From Candidatus Caldarchaeum subterraneum (GTDB lineage: Archaea; Thermoproteota; Nitrososphaeria_A; Caldarchaeales; Caldarchaeaceae), in assembly GCA_000270325.1 (NCBI GenBank), contig BA000048.1, positions 895,471 through 927,470 of the forward strand: 32,000 bases of DNA. Reading direction: 5' to 3'. Under the pieces are notes generated by a model. The model had not been told where the DNA came from, searched no databases, and worked only from the letters and a program-made list of their open reading frames with translations. This document shows, piece by piece, positions 16,017 through 25,504 of the stretch (its first letter is position 1; every line of letters starts with the position of its first letter). A program made the translations under genes and the position numbers.

Positions 16017-18293
16017 TCAGTTACGAGTTATAGCTGATAAGCTCGGCGAGGACTCGACCTCGCTCACTATAGTTGCTCCCCGCCCCAGCTCGAACCTGAG
16101 CACCCTGGCCTCGGCGCCCTCGAAAACCTCCTCATCATGGGTTATCACTATCACCTGGGGCATTTTTCTGCCGAGTCTCGTCAACACCTCCCTCAGCCTC
16201 CTCCTCTTCTCAGCATCGAGGTGCACAGTCGGCTCGTCCAAGACAAAGAACCCGAGTCTCTGGGCCCCGAGAGCGTCACCTATCGCGAGCCTAAGCGCCA
16301 GAGCCAGAACGACCTTCTCTCCTCCGGAGAGCCTCTCCCAGCTCACCTCCCTACCCTGGTAAAAGCACCTGAAGACAACCCTGCTGCCCCTGCCCGTTCG
16401 CTCCTCCTCGATCCTGATGTCGCTGACCGGTGACTCAAAGGTATCTAGGTATTCCCCTGCCCTCTCCGAGACCCTCTCGTAGACCCAGCTCCTTAGGCTC
16501 ATGAGGACTGGCCCCTCCCTGTGGTACACCAGTTCCCTCATCTTCCTCATCAGATCCCGGAACTCCCTGGCCTTCCTCAACACTTCCCTAACCCTCTCCA
16601 GTTCCCCGATCTCCTTCTCGGCCTTCTGCATATCCTCCCTGAGCTTCTCCAGCTCCTTCTCCTTGCTCCCGATCTCCCTGCTCAACTTGTCCTTCCTGAG
16701 CTTGAGCCGTTCCAGCTGTACCACATCCCCGGCACTGTATCCGTCATCCCTGAGCCTCTTGATCCCCGTCCTGATCCGGCTCAGCAGCTCCGCCACATCG
16801 GCCGGCAAAACCTCGGCGACCCCCTGGAGCTCCGCTACGTCGAGCTCGATCGGGACCTTGACCTTCTCCAGCTTTGCGGCTCTTTCCCGGAGACCTTCAA
16901 GCCGCGCCTTGAGAGCCGCTACGCCGGGCTCCCCTCCGACCTCCCTCAGGAGCTGCTCCGCCGCGAGCACCTTGTTCCTGAGCCTCTGGACGTCCTGGCC
17001 GTTGATGGTGCCCAGCTCGTAGATTTCCTTGTTTGCCTCCCTCCTCCTCCTATTCGTCTCCTCGATCTCGGCCTTTATTGCATCCCTCTTGGTCACCAGC
17101 TCGGCGGCCCGTGATGCGAGGGCAGAGCCATGCGCCTCTGAGACCAGCTCCACCACGCCCTTGACATCCAGCTCGACCCTATTGGCCAACCCCAATGTTT
17201 CTGCTCCGAGAGCAACGGCCTTCCCCAGCTCAACTGCGTCATCCCTCAGCCTCTCCGCCCTCGTCCTGGCTTCATTGCGGAGCTCTTCTAGGGTCCTCGC
17301 TCCCGCTCCTGTAGGGAGCCTCGCGAGCTCTCCCCCTATTTCCCTGAGCTGCCTTTGGAGGGCCCTCTCCTTCTCGTCCAGCCTAGAGATCTCGACCCGT
17401 AGCTCGTCCACTCTGGTTATTCTCTTCTCGATCTCTTCTCTGAGAACCAGAACTTTCGTCGCCCGCTCGATCCTCCCAACCTCCTCCTCTAGGTCTGCCA
17501 GCTCCCGGCGGACGAGACCTTTCAGGGCCTCGAGCGACGACCTGACCTCGCCGAACAACCGGTGAAGGCCCTCGAGCTTCTCGATACCTTCGCTAAGCTC
17601 TTGGTGCTCGTTCCTCAGCCTCTCGAGCTCCTTTTCCAGCTCGACCTCCTTCTCCTTACCCTCCGTGAGGAGTCTCCTGAGTTTCTCCAGCTCCTGCTCC
17701 ACAAGCAACAGCTCATCGACGGACCTGCGGACCATTAGCCTGACCCTCTCCTCGAAGCACTCGAGGACCTCTTTCATCCTCGCATAGGCCTGTTCGAAGG
17801 CGGAGAGGCCCAGCAAATCGTCGAAGAGCTCCTTCAGCTCCTTAGGATCGGCCCTTAGTATGGCGTCGACCTCTCCTTGCTGGATCACGACGCTCGACCT
17901 CATCCTCTCGTAGTTCATCCCCAGAAGCCCGGAGACGATGTCCGAGACCCTCCGGTCAACCCCTCTCTCTGAGGTGGCGAGGAGCTTTCCGTCTTCTCTG
18001 ATCGACGCCTCCTTCAAATTGCCCTTGTTGTCGAACCTCCTCATCACCTTGTACAACTTCCTGTTCAGCTCGAAATCCAGCTCGACCCTCCCTTCCTGCG
18101 CTCCGCCCCCGTCGTGGACTATGTTGGCGTTCTGGCCCCTTGTGTGCCGGCCGTAGAGCGCGTAGACGATGGCGTCCACGACCGAGCTCTTTCCTGCCCC
18201 GTTCCTCCCTATGAATACCGTGAGGCCGTCTCCTAACGATATCTCCGTGTCCCTGTGGGAGAGGAAGTTGAAGAGCCTTACCCTCCTGATCAC
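16017..18293 (-). CDS. rad50: Rad50 SMC-like ATPase (no CxxC zinc hook detectable)
   Basis: All canonical ATPase motifs are present: Walker A FIGRNGAGKSS, Q-loop VVIQQGEVD, a long E/K/R/L coiled coil, signature RLSGGEKV, Walker B FFVLDEPTVHLD and H-loop VIVITHDEE. The start overlaps the mre11 stop by 4 nt. Confidence 0.93.
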   Translation of the reverse strand: MIRRVRLFNFLSHRDTEISLGDGLTVFIGRNGAGKSSVVDAIVYALYGRHTRGQNANIVHDGGGAQEGRVELDFELNRKLYKVMRRFDNKGNLKEASIREDGKLLATSERGVDRRVSDIVSGLLGMNYERMRSSVVIQQGEVDAILRADPKELKELFDDLLGLSAFEQAYARMKEVLECFEERVRLMVRRSVDELLLVEQELEKLRRLLTEGKEKEVELEKELERLRNEHQELSEGIEKLEGLHRLFGEVRSSLEALKGLVRRELADLEEEVGRIERATKVLVLREEIEKRITRVDELRVEISRLDEKERALQRQLREIGGELARLPTGAGARTLEELRNEARTRAERLRDDAVELGKAVALGAETLGLANRVELDVKGVVELVSEAHGSALASRAAELVTKRDAIKAEIEETNRRRREANKEIYELGTINGQDVQRLRNKVLAAEQLLREVGGEPGVAALKARLEGLRERAAKLEKVKVPIELDVAELQGVAEVLPADVAELLSRIRTGIKRLRDDGYSAGDVVQLERLKLRKDKLSREIGSKEKELEKLREDMQKAEKEIGELERVREVLRKAREFRDLMRKMRELVYHREGPVLMSLRSWVYERVSERAGEYLDTFESPVSDIRIEEERTGRGSRVVFRCFYQGREVSWERLSGGEKVVLALALRLAIGDALGAQRLGFFVLDEPTVHLDAEKRRRLREVLTRLGRKMPQVIVITHDEEVFEGAEARVLRFELGRGATIVSEVESSPSLSAITRN

Positions 18294-19423
18294 GTCCCCT
18301 CACCCCAGCCTATCCCATACCTCTTCCGCCAGAAGTCATAGAGGGCCTGCTCCGCCTCGTCCTCGCTCCCGGAAGAGAGCAGTTTGAGCAGATCCCCGAG
18401 GGCGAAATCTATCAAGTCCTTATCCTTTATCTGCTCGAGTGCGAGCTCCCTCAGCCGCTCCTCAACGCTCAGCTGCCGCTCGTGACGGAGCTCGACGGTC
18501 TTCCCTTTATCCGGCTTGACCGACAATCTACTGATTATGTACCTGTCCTCTAGCTTCCGCCTCACAATCATCGGGTCCACGTCTCCCTCGACCTCCATCC
18601 AGAGCACCGGCCTCTTCCTATGCCCGGCCTCCGCTAGCCTCCTGACCTCTTCCTCGAGGTCCTGAACCTTGACCGATACCCTCACCTTGGGCCTGACTGA
18701 CTCCAGCCTGACCCATTGGGCCTCCGGCTCGTCTCCCGAGAGGTCCACCAGTAAGACTCCGCAATCATCGGGGTCGTCGACGTCAACCCAATGGCTCGGT
18801 CCAGGGTAGGCCAGTAGTCCCCTCCCCATCCTGACCTCATAGCGCTTGTGGATGTGCCCCATGGCGTAGTAGTCGAATCCGTGCGGGATTTCGCTGATGG
18901 AGAGCTCCGAGCCTGGTCCGAAGGCCTCCCTCATGCCCTGGTGAAGCACGAGGACCTTCTTCCCGCTTAAACCCCTGACCCTCCGGCCTATCTCCTCGAG
19001 CCTCTCGCATAGCACTCCGGCCTCTACCAGCTTGTGCTTGTGCAGCCCTATCACCGTCAACCCCTTGACCTCGTGCGCCTCACCGTTACCGACGTACTCT
19101 GCCAGTCCTGCGAGTTTAGCCACGTAGGGATGAGGCGTCGAGGGTATGCTGCTGATGTCGTGCTCTCCGAGGGTGAAGAGCATGTGTATGCCTCTGTCAT
19201 TGAGCCTCTTGGCCCCCTCCATCAGTACCCTCATGGCGTCTCCGTAGGGCCTCGGCTCGTCCAGTATGTCACCTGAGTGGATCACTATGTCGACGTCCTC
19301 CCTGACGAAGATTTCTATCGCCTCGAGGAAGGACGCGTGTACGTCCTCGCCGACCTCTCTCAGCTCCTCGTCCCTGCCTATGAAGGCACCCAGGTGCGTG
19401 TCCGATATGTGGCCTATCATCAT
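18290..19423 (-). CDS. mre11: Mre11 nuclease (calcineurin-like phosphoesterase)
   Basis: Phosphoesterase motifs are GHISDTHLG (I), HSGDILDE (II), TLGEHD (III, with E where N is usual), VLVLHQG (IV) and GHIHKRY (V). It has 4-nt overlaps with herA and rad50. Confidence 0.93.
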   Translation of the reverse strand: MMIGHISDTHLGAFIGRDEELREVGEDVHASFLEAIEIFVREDVDIVIHSGDILDEPRPYGDAMRVLMEGAKRLNDRGIHMLFTLGEHDISSIPSTPHPYVAKLAGLAEYVGNGEAHEVKGLTVIGLHKHKLVEAGVLCERLEEIGRRVRGLSGKKVLVLHQGMREAFGPGSELSISEIPHGFDYYAMGHIHKRYEVRMGRGLLAYPGPSHWVDVDDPDDCGVLLVDLSGDEPEAQWVRLESVRPKVRVSVKVQDLEEEVRRLAEAGHRKRPVLWMEVEGDVDPMIVRRKLEDRYIISRLSVKPDKGKTVELRHERQLSVEERLRELALEQIKDKDLIDFALGDLLKLLSSGSEDEAEQALYDFWRKRYGIGWGEGT

Positions 19424-20910
19424 AGCCTGAGCAGCTCCTCTGTTGTGTAGGACGGTCTCAGCTCCGCGTCATTACCCCACTCGGACACGGCGTCTATGTC
19501 CCTCCCGATCAGCTTCTCCTCCACAAGGTCGATCCTGACCAGCGCCGGCGCCCTCACGAAGTTCCCCACCAGGATCATCTCACCGGGGTTGAGAGAGGGC
19601 AGAGAGGCACCCAGCTCGCTCGTCACCTCGTCCGTGACCTCCTGGACGAACGTCTGGTCCCTCGGGTGCGTAAGCCCAGAGATAGCGAAGCTCCCTATCT
19701 GGCTCACGACGTCGGCATCGAGCCTGCTCGGCCGCTGTGAGACCAGGATCAGAGATAGACCGAACTTCCTCCCCTCCCTCGCTATCCTCTCCACGATGTC
19801 CGAGCAGAGCGATCCCCCTTCGGACGGGATGAAAACATGGGCCTCCTCAAGTGCGACTATAACTGGAGACCTAAGCCTCACATCCCCTTCACCCCTCACG
19901 GCGTCCTTCCTGTCCTCGAGAAGCTCCTCAAGAAGGTGGGCGACGAGGATCTGGGCCTGGATCTCGGTATATCCGGAGACGTCGAGGACGTTTATCCGGT
20001 TAGGGTAAATCGAATCAATGAGCCTCTTGGCATTAGTGTCGAAGATCTGTCCCCTAACCCTTAGCGCCCTGTTTATTATCTCCAGAAGCCTGGAGGCCAC
20101 CGCCCTATCCTGACTGATAATTTTTTCGTTCTTAGCGATTTCACTTAGTTTTTTCTTGACTTCCCCCCAAAAGTCCTGCCCTTCCCTTACATCCTCGTCA
20201 ACGACCTTGTGCAGAAGCGCCCTCTGCTTCTCGGCCTTCTCCCTTACTCCCAACACATCGGCCAATTCCTCAACCGGAAGGCGGCTCGGGTTAAGCTTGG
20301 GAATTATGTGCTTGATCCCTTTGATCCTCAACCCTTCATACTCCGCATGATAATCGACTATCACCATCGTGCCGTTCTTCTCAGCGACCCGCTTAGCCAG
20401 AAGGGCGAGCAGGTTCGACTTCCCTCGGCCCGTTATAGCCAGGATGGCGAGGTGTCTCGAGGCCACCGCGTTCAGGTCTATGTTGACACGCACCCCGGGT
20501 CTTCTAAGGAGGCTTCCCACCTCAACCCACCTGTGGCCGTCGGGGCGGTAGCCCTCGGACAGGAGCCCGTCGTCGGCGAGCTTCACCAAGGATCCCGGCT
20601 CCGGAGGAAGGGTCGGGTAGATCCTCCTACCTCTCCTTAGCTCCTCGACGAGCCCCAACGCCCTCGCAATCCCGATCCTTACCCTGTCCCTCGGGTTCTT
20701 CGAGCTCGCCCTCCTCGCCTCCTCTGCGGTGATGTAGTCCACCATCCCTGAGAGGAGCTCGCTCTGGACCCTCGAGCTCTCGACCATGTAGAGAACTGGT
20801 CCGTCCTCGGTCTCAACAGTAACGAAATCGCCTACTCTCACGGATTTCGGCCCGGTAAACGCTATCCCCTCGGGCCTCGACTCTCCACAGACTATCCCTA
20901 CTTCCTTCAA
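19420..20910 (-). CDS. herA: HerA hexameric DNA helicase/translocase
   Basis: The N-terminus looks like a HAS barrel (VGDFVTVETEDGPVLYMV). Walker A is ILAITGRGKSN, followed by IVDYHAEY, Walker B VIVALEEAHVF and the LILVSQRPS arginine-finger region. It sits inside the nurA-herA-mre11-rad50 cluster. Confidence 0.93.
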   Translation of the reverse strand: MKEVGIVCGESRPEGIAFTGPKSVRVGDFVTVETEDGPVLYMVESSRVQSELLSGMVDYITAEEARRASSKNPRDRVRIGIARALGLVEELRRGRRIYPTLPPEPGSLVKLADDGLLSEGYRPDGHRWVEVGSLLRRPGVRVNIDLNAVASRHLAILAITGRGKSNLLALLAKRVAEKNGTMVIVDYHAEYEGLRIKGIKHIIPKLNPSRLPVEELADVLGVREKAEKQRALLHKVVDEDVREGQDFWGEVKKKLSEIAKNEKIISQDRAVASRLLEIINRALRVRGQIFDTNAKRLIDSIYPNRINVLDVSGYTEIQAQILVAHLLEELLEDRKDAVRGEGDVRLRSPVIVALEEAHVFIPSEGGSLCSDIVERIAREGRKFGLSLILVSQRPSRLDADVVSQIGSFAISGLTHPRDQTFVQEVTDEVTSELGASLPSLNPGEMILVGNFVRAPALVRIDLVEEKLIGRDIDAVSEWGNDAELRPSYTTEELLRL

Positions 20911-21779
20911 ATCTCAAGCACCTCCCTCGGCCGGGAAAGACCACTAAGGCCTGCGGTCTTGCATAGTATTTCCATGAGCCTGTCGCTAACGGACACGGTC
21001 CTGTGCGCGAGGTAGAGCACATATGGGTAACCCTTCACAGTCCTCAGAGCTTGGGCTTCCATGATCCGCCTAATGTGGTCCTCGCCCACGTTCGCCGGAA
21101 CCTCGATCTTCAGGGGTGCTGCATATTCAGTTAGCCTGACATAGGCGATCGTGATCGGGATGTTGTCCCTCATAAGAGTGGGCCCGAGCGCGTATCCCGG
21201 CCCGCTCGTCGCGAGGCCGAAATAGTATATGTCTCCCAATTCACCTTTCAGAAGAGAACTGTCTTGCGAATATTTAGAGAAGAAGACCACGTTCTCCCTA
21301 TCCATCAGCGACTTAGCCAAGTAAAGGTACTCGGCATAGGTCGGCCCAATACGTAGAAGATTCTCGGCGCTTCTGAGCCTCGCTAACAGGGATCCATCAA
21401 CTAGGACTAGGTCGGCCTCATGTGAAGCCCGCTCAGCGATATAGTGTTCATCGTTTTCCGCGGCCAGCTTCACAGCATTCTCCGGCGTCAAACCTCCCTG
21501 GTCCTTCGACATCAGGTCGAACTTGATTACATGATGACATGTTTCCTGCCTTTCGTTGACTGCCGCCGCCATCTCTGCATAGACGTAAAAGCCGTCGTAG
21601 AGTCTGATGTTCCAGCCGCTGTCGACACCATAGACCTCAAGCTTCTCATCCATCATCCGAGGTGTGTATGGGACCCAGAGTCTCCTAGCCTGCTCCAATA
21701 ACTTCAGATGAACATCACGCTCGAGCATAGCCAACCTCTCACCAAGAGCCAAAGCCTTGCTGACAAGCTCCTCCAGCAT
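20907..21779 (-). CDS. nurA: NurA 5'-3' nuclease
   Basis: The acidic motifs VYGVDSGWN and LVLVDGSLLARL are typical of the NurA domain. It is the first gene of the operon and overlaps herA by 4 nt. Confidence 0.88.
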   Translation of the reverse strand: MLEELVSKALALGERLAMLERDVHLKLLEQARRLWVPYTPRMMDEKLEVYGVDSGWNIRLYDGFYVYAEMAAAVNERQETCHHVIKFDLMSKDQGGLTPENAVKLAAENDEHYIAERASHEADLVLVDGSLLARLRSAENLLRIGPTYAEYLYLAKSLMDRENVVFFSKYSQDSSLLKGELGDIYYFGLATSGPGYALGPTLMRDNIPITIAYVRLTEYAAPLKIEVPANVGEDHIRRIMEAQALRTVKGYPYVLYLAHRTVSVSDRLMEILCKTAGLSGLSRPREVLEI

Positions 21780-21802
21780 CGCTCAGAGAATCCCTTGACC
21801 AG

Positions 21803-21808
21803 ATTTAA
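21803..21808 (-). promoter_or_regulatory. TATA-like box of the nurA operon
   Basis: TTAAAT on the minus strand lies 24-29 nt upstream of the nurA ATG at 21779. Confidence 0.4.
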
Positions 21809-21912
21809 CTTTTCGAGCCCTCCAACACTGCTGGCGTCCTCGATAATTAACAGACTCTACAAATTTCTTTAAGCATAATCTAAAGCATGCCTGATGAGTA
21901 GGTCTTATTAGC

Positions 21913-22498
21913 GCCTTGTGGCTTAATTCGACGCCTTCTCTCGGTTCCCGAGTCCAGTCTTCGGCTCCGTCCAAGCGCTTGCCCGGTTCCTATGTCGTTC
22001 TCTTATGAAGAGTAGGGCCTATGGCTTAGGATTGTTCCCTCTTCTCAATGATGTCCTATTGGAGAGGGTTCATGATAGGCTTATCAGGAGGGGTGAGATA
22101 ATACTTGACCTCAAGTTCGTTTACTCTGATGAGCTAGGGGAGATGAATGATGGTAGGAGGGGTAGGCCATATAAGATAACGAATAGCTTCATCATATTCC
22201 TAGAACATCTTTAGGTATGTCTTCTCTGTTAGGCAGCTGGGATGATAAGAGGCTATGGATACGGTGTATGGTGTAGGGTGGTAGGCTATGGCAGGAGATG
22301 GATGGCAGAAACAACAATATCTATATTCAAGTCGATCTTCGGGGAAGAAATCCTCTCCAATAAGCCGAGATGGATCAGCGTCGAGGTAGTCCAGAAGGCA
22401 TTCATATACAACCTATTGCTGAACGCGGCATGAACATAAGACAGAGAACCACCAGCTGGAGAAGAGGGCATGGAGACTAGGGAATTAGGCCACAAGGC
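21913..22498 (+). mobile_element. Internally deleted (MITE-like) IS5-type element, 586 bp, with terminal inverted repeats
   Basis: The left IR GCCTTGTGGCTTAATTC (21913-21929) matches the reverse complement of the right IR GAATTAGGCCACAAGGC (22482-22498) at 16 of 17 positions. Inside are only an N-terminal transposase piece (GRRGRPYKITNSFIIFLEHL) and a C-terminal piece (YGRRWMAETTISIFKSIFGEEILS...VVQKAFIYNLL). Confidence 0.6.
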
Positions 22499-22539
22499 AT
22501 TATGCTATGCGAGGTAATCTTAAACTCTATTCCCACGTA

Positions 22540-23372
22540 GAGCGTGTCGGAAAATTCTTGGCCTATTGAGTTTTTCGTTGTGATGGGATGTGGTTGCTGT
22601 CTAGGTGGTGTGCTGAGGTTGAGGAGCTTGGTGAGCTTGTATCCATGGTGTTTGGGGGTCTCTTCTAGGTGTGTTGGGCTAGTTGTTAGGGAGAGGGTTA
22701 GGTGGTCTCTTAGGCTTGCGGAGGCGGAGCTGTCCTACCTGATATTCGGTGAGAGGGTTGACCATAGTGTTATACATTACTGGGAGGCTAGGCTTAGGGA
22801 GACTGGTGTCCTAAAGGCTATACTGGAGGAGATAGGGAGAATTATTGAGTCTAGGCTCTCGTATAGGTACTCGGTACTAGACTGGACAGAGATATCTACA
22901 TGGTCTAGGGGAGATGTTATGCTACATGTAGCGGCTAGGATATCCGAAGATACGGTATATCCAGTTGGTGCATATGTTAGCTATAGCGGTGAGCCTGTCG
23001 CTGAGGAGGTAATGAACGCCCTACCCCCCGGGTAGGAGGCTCCCCATGATGGACAGCTACTACGACTCGAATAAGGCAATTGGGATAGCTATGGAGATGG
23101 GATACATACCATTAGTAAGACCACACAATAGGAGGAATAGAGGATACTATAGGAGGAGGTCTAGGAAATTATTCGGAGTATTGGCTGATAACTATAGGTA
23201 TAGGCCTAGGGGAGAATCTACCTTCGGATCAATAATAAACGAGTTCGGAGACAGGATAAAGACCAGTAGATACGATACAACAGCAACCAGAATAATAGCC
23301 AGACTCATACCACACCTAGCAAAGACACTAATAAGGATAAAGAAGGCTATAATGGAATTTTTAGACACGCTC
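22540..23372 (+). mobile_element. IS element (IS4/IS5-type DDE transposase), 833 bp, with 18-bp terminal inverted repeats
   Basis: The left IR GAGCGTGTCGGAAAATTC (22540-22557) matches the reverse complement of the right IR GAATTTTTAGACACGCTC (23355-23372) at 16 of 18 positions. I saw no clear target-site duplication. Confidence 0.75.
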
Positions 23373-23381
23373 GTTCAATAA
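22544..23381 (+). pseudogene. DDE transposase split into two frames (22544-23035 and 23046-23381)
   Basis: ORF1 ends ...VLDWTEIS...EEVMNALPPG. ORF2, in another frame, starts MMDSYYDSNKAIGIAMEMGYIPLVRP and contains YRYRPRGESTFGSIINEFG, a Y-x2-R-x3-E signature. A frameshift therefore falls between the second and third catalytic regions. Confidence 0.7.
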
Positions 23382-23812
23382 TTACTGATAAGAAGCTATG
23401 ATCTAGGCTTAACATCTTATCAACACTAAGGAAGGGATTTCTAGCATGAATCTATGACTATTTGCTAAAATCCTAAGCTATTCTTAGTCTTGGTGGGTAG
23501 CTTGACGGCATCGTTTACATCTCACCAGCTTGTTAGGTCTATCTGGACGAATAACCCCCTGAAAGTTCCTCCGCTAAGCTGATTTGGGATGAAGGTCAGG
23601 GTTATGTGTGCTCTTCTTCCCTCTGGGACTTTTATCGTAGTCTTTACTATATAGTCCCCATCCGCTCCAAACGCTATATCCTTAACTTTTCCTTATTGTT
23701 ATCTGGCCTTCTAAATCACCACCCACAGCCCTAACCAATATATGGACCTCAACCCTCTCGCACACCCTAGCCTGGCTCATCCTTAAACAACTATACAATG
23801 GTTTGAGAGAGC

Positions 23813-23820
23813 TTAAATAA
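23813..23820 (+). promoter_or_regulatory. TATA-like box for the 291-aa gene
   Basis: TTAAATAA lies 29-36 nt upstream of the ATG at 23849. Confidence 0.4.
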
Positions 23821-23848
23821 TTTTGAGACGGCTCAACATGATGCTGAT

Positions 23849-24724
23849 ATGCCTACCGAGGTCGGCTACGAAGAAGAGGATGCAAAAATAGTAGAGGTGT
23901 CATGGAGGGGAATTGGCCACGCGATGAGTTACACTATTAGGTCCGTCAACAATCCGTTAGACATGGAACTATACTTTGTTCCAGAAGAGGGAAGATTCGT
24001 TTTAGATTATGGCTTCAAGGAGAGAGAGGACATGCTAAGGGTTCCCTACGACTCCTACGGCGGCACCTTCCGCGACTTCCTATATGAAGTGCTGGAGGTA
24101 GAGCTGATGAACAAACTGGAAGCCTGCGGGATAACAACAGAAATCTTATACGAAATCCCGGTAAGACATGCCCTATCCATACTGGAACACCATAGGCCTG
24201 GCATCGAAGAAGAATTCAAGCTTTACTTGGAGAAGATACAATATGGTATGATAAGGGTGTTCCTAGACTCTGTAGGCAGAAGAAAGAGAATAAAATACGT
24301 CATACCAACCCTAGAGGAGCTGAAGAGAGAGAAATACATGGAGAGGCTCAAAGATAGGATGATCGGTAGATACGAGGCGATGATGTTTTGGCTAAATAAA
24401 TGGGCAGTGTACTTCCCAGAGGAAGCATCGGAGAAAATGGATGAGATAATTAGGATGGGCCAAGCAATAAAATCATTGGAGATAAATGAACTGGCCAAGC
24501 TACTGAGTGATGTAGCAGGGCTAATCACGGGTCAAATGAACAAGGCTGGAATAACTTTCAAAATTGACCTAGAGAAGTCGTTAGCATCAGACTTCAAATA
24601 CCTATTCGAGGCAAAAGGAGATAAGAGAGGAACTATAAAAAACTTGGCACACGAAATAGCCAAAACCTACAAAATAATCGAAGAAGCGACGACCACAAAA
24701 AACACCAACAATACAAAATCTTAA
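23849..24724 (+). CDS. Hypothetical protein (291 aa), lower-GC island cargo
   Basis: This is a long ORF with an ATG start and an upstream TATA box. The protein is rich in charged, helical sequence with a K/N/T-rich tail. I recognise no motif. Confidence 0.65.
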   Translation: MPTEVGYEEEDAKIVEVSWRGIGHAMSYTIRSVNNPLDMELYFVPEEGRFVLDYGFKEREDMLRVPYDSYGGTFRDFLYEVLEVELMNKLEACGITTEILYEIPVRHALSILEHHRPGIEEEFKLYLEKIQYGMIRVFLDSVGRRKRIKYVIPTLEELKREKYMERLKDRMIGRYEAMMFWLNKWAVYFPEEASEKMDEIIRMGQAIKSLEINELAKLLSDVAGLITGQMNKAGITFKIDLEKSLASDFKYLFEAKGDKRGTIKNLAHEIAKTYKIIEEATTTKNTNNTKS

Positions 24725-25504
24725 CTGCCGAGTCACATTTCTTAGACACATCCTCAAGGTGAGCAATTTACCGCAGTTAGAGAACAGAACTACATTATTT
24801 TCATACTCCCAACGACTAGATAGAGGTCCGTAGCATTAATGAGAGATTAAGTTCAGGATAGAGAAGTGGTTCAAGAAATTGAGTGAGAGAGCAAGGAGAT
24901 ACTTCAACAACCTTAACTCCCTAAGCTGAAGAACATGGAGAACATGGTAACGATTCTGATAAAAGAGCTAGAAAATTGATTCGTGAAAGGAAAGCAGTTT
25001 AATACCTGGTTGAAAGCGCCGCTGCCAAGATTGAGAACCATCTTCGCGAGATAAGTGCTTGACGGTATTCCTGCCATCAATCCTGGGGCCCTTTCGAAAT
25101 TCCTGGCCCGATTCCTCCGCTCTGACCTAGAGTTTGAAACATTCTTGATCGAACTTGCCCCCCGTCTTTTTGCCAAAAGAGCAGACAGATCTAACAGCTA
25201 TACATGTCCCATGCTTCAGCAAGGAGCAATTGCGCCCGAATCCGATGCTTTTCCCAGAAAGATTGTGTTCAGTCGTCTAATAAATTCCACATCCTTGCTT
25301 AGGATCCTGGAGACCTTCAACCAGCCCACGTGGAACACGTAGTCTAAGACCATAAGAGCTTGTTCGCATGGCTTTTTTGTTAGGCCTGAACCAGCTTGAG
25401 ACCAAAGCGAAGATGTATATACAGGCGGAGATCCGCCGTAATGTGCTGGCGGCCGATACCAGCCCCAGCCAAGACAGTGGTATATTTTTCGTTAATTCAG
25501 ATGC

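Noticed and set aside
16137-17565. Long + strand ORFs (98-197 aa, Ser/Leu/Pro-rich) inside rad50, and similar antisense ORFs inside herA, the 707-aa gene, PriL, the ATPase and the Hef-like helicase
   Set aside because: They are antisense to well-supported genes with clear motifs. GC-rich, stop-poor mirror frames of E/K/R/L coiled-coil codons give low-complexity S/L/P peptides.
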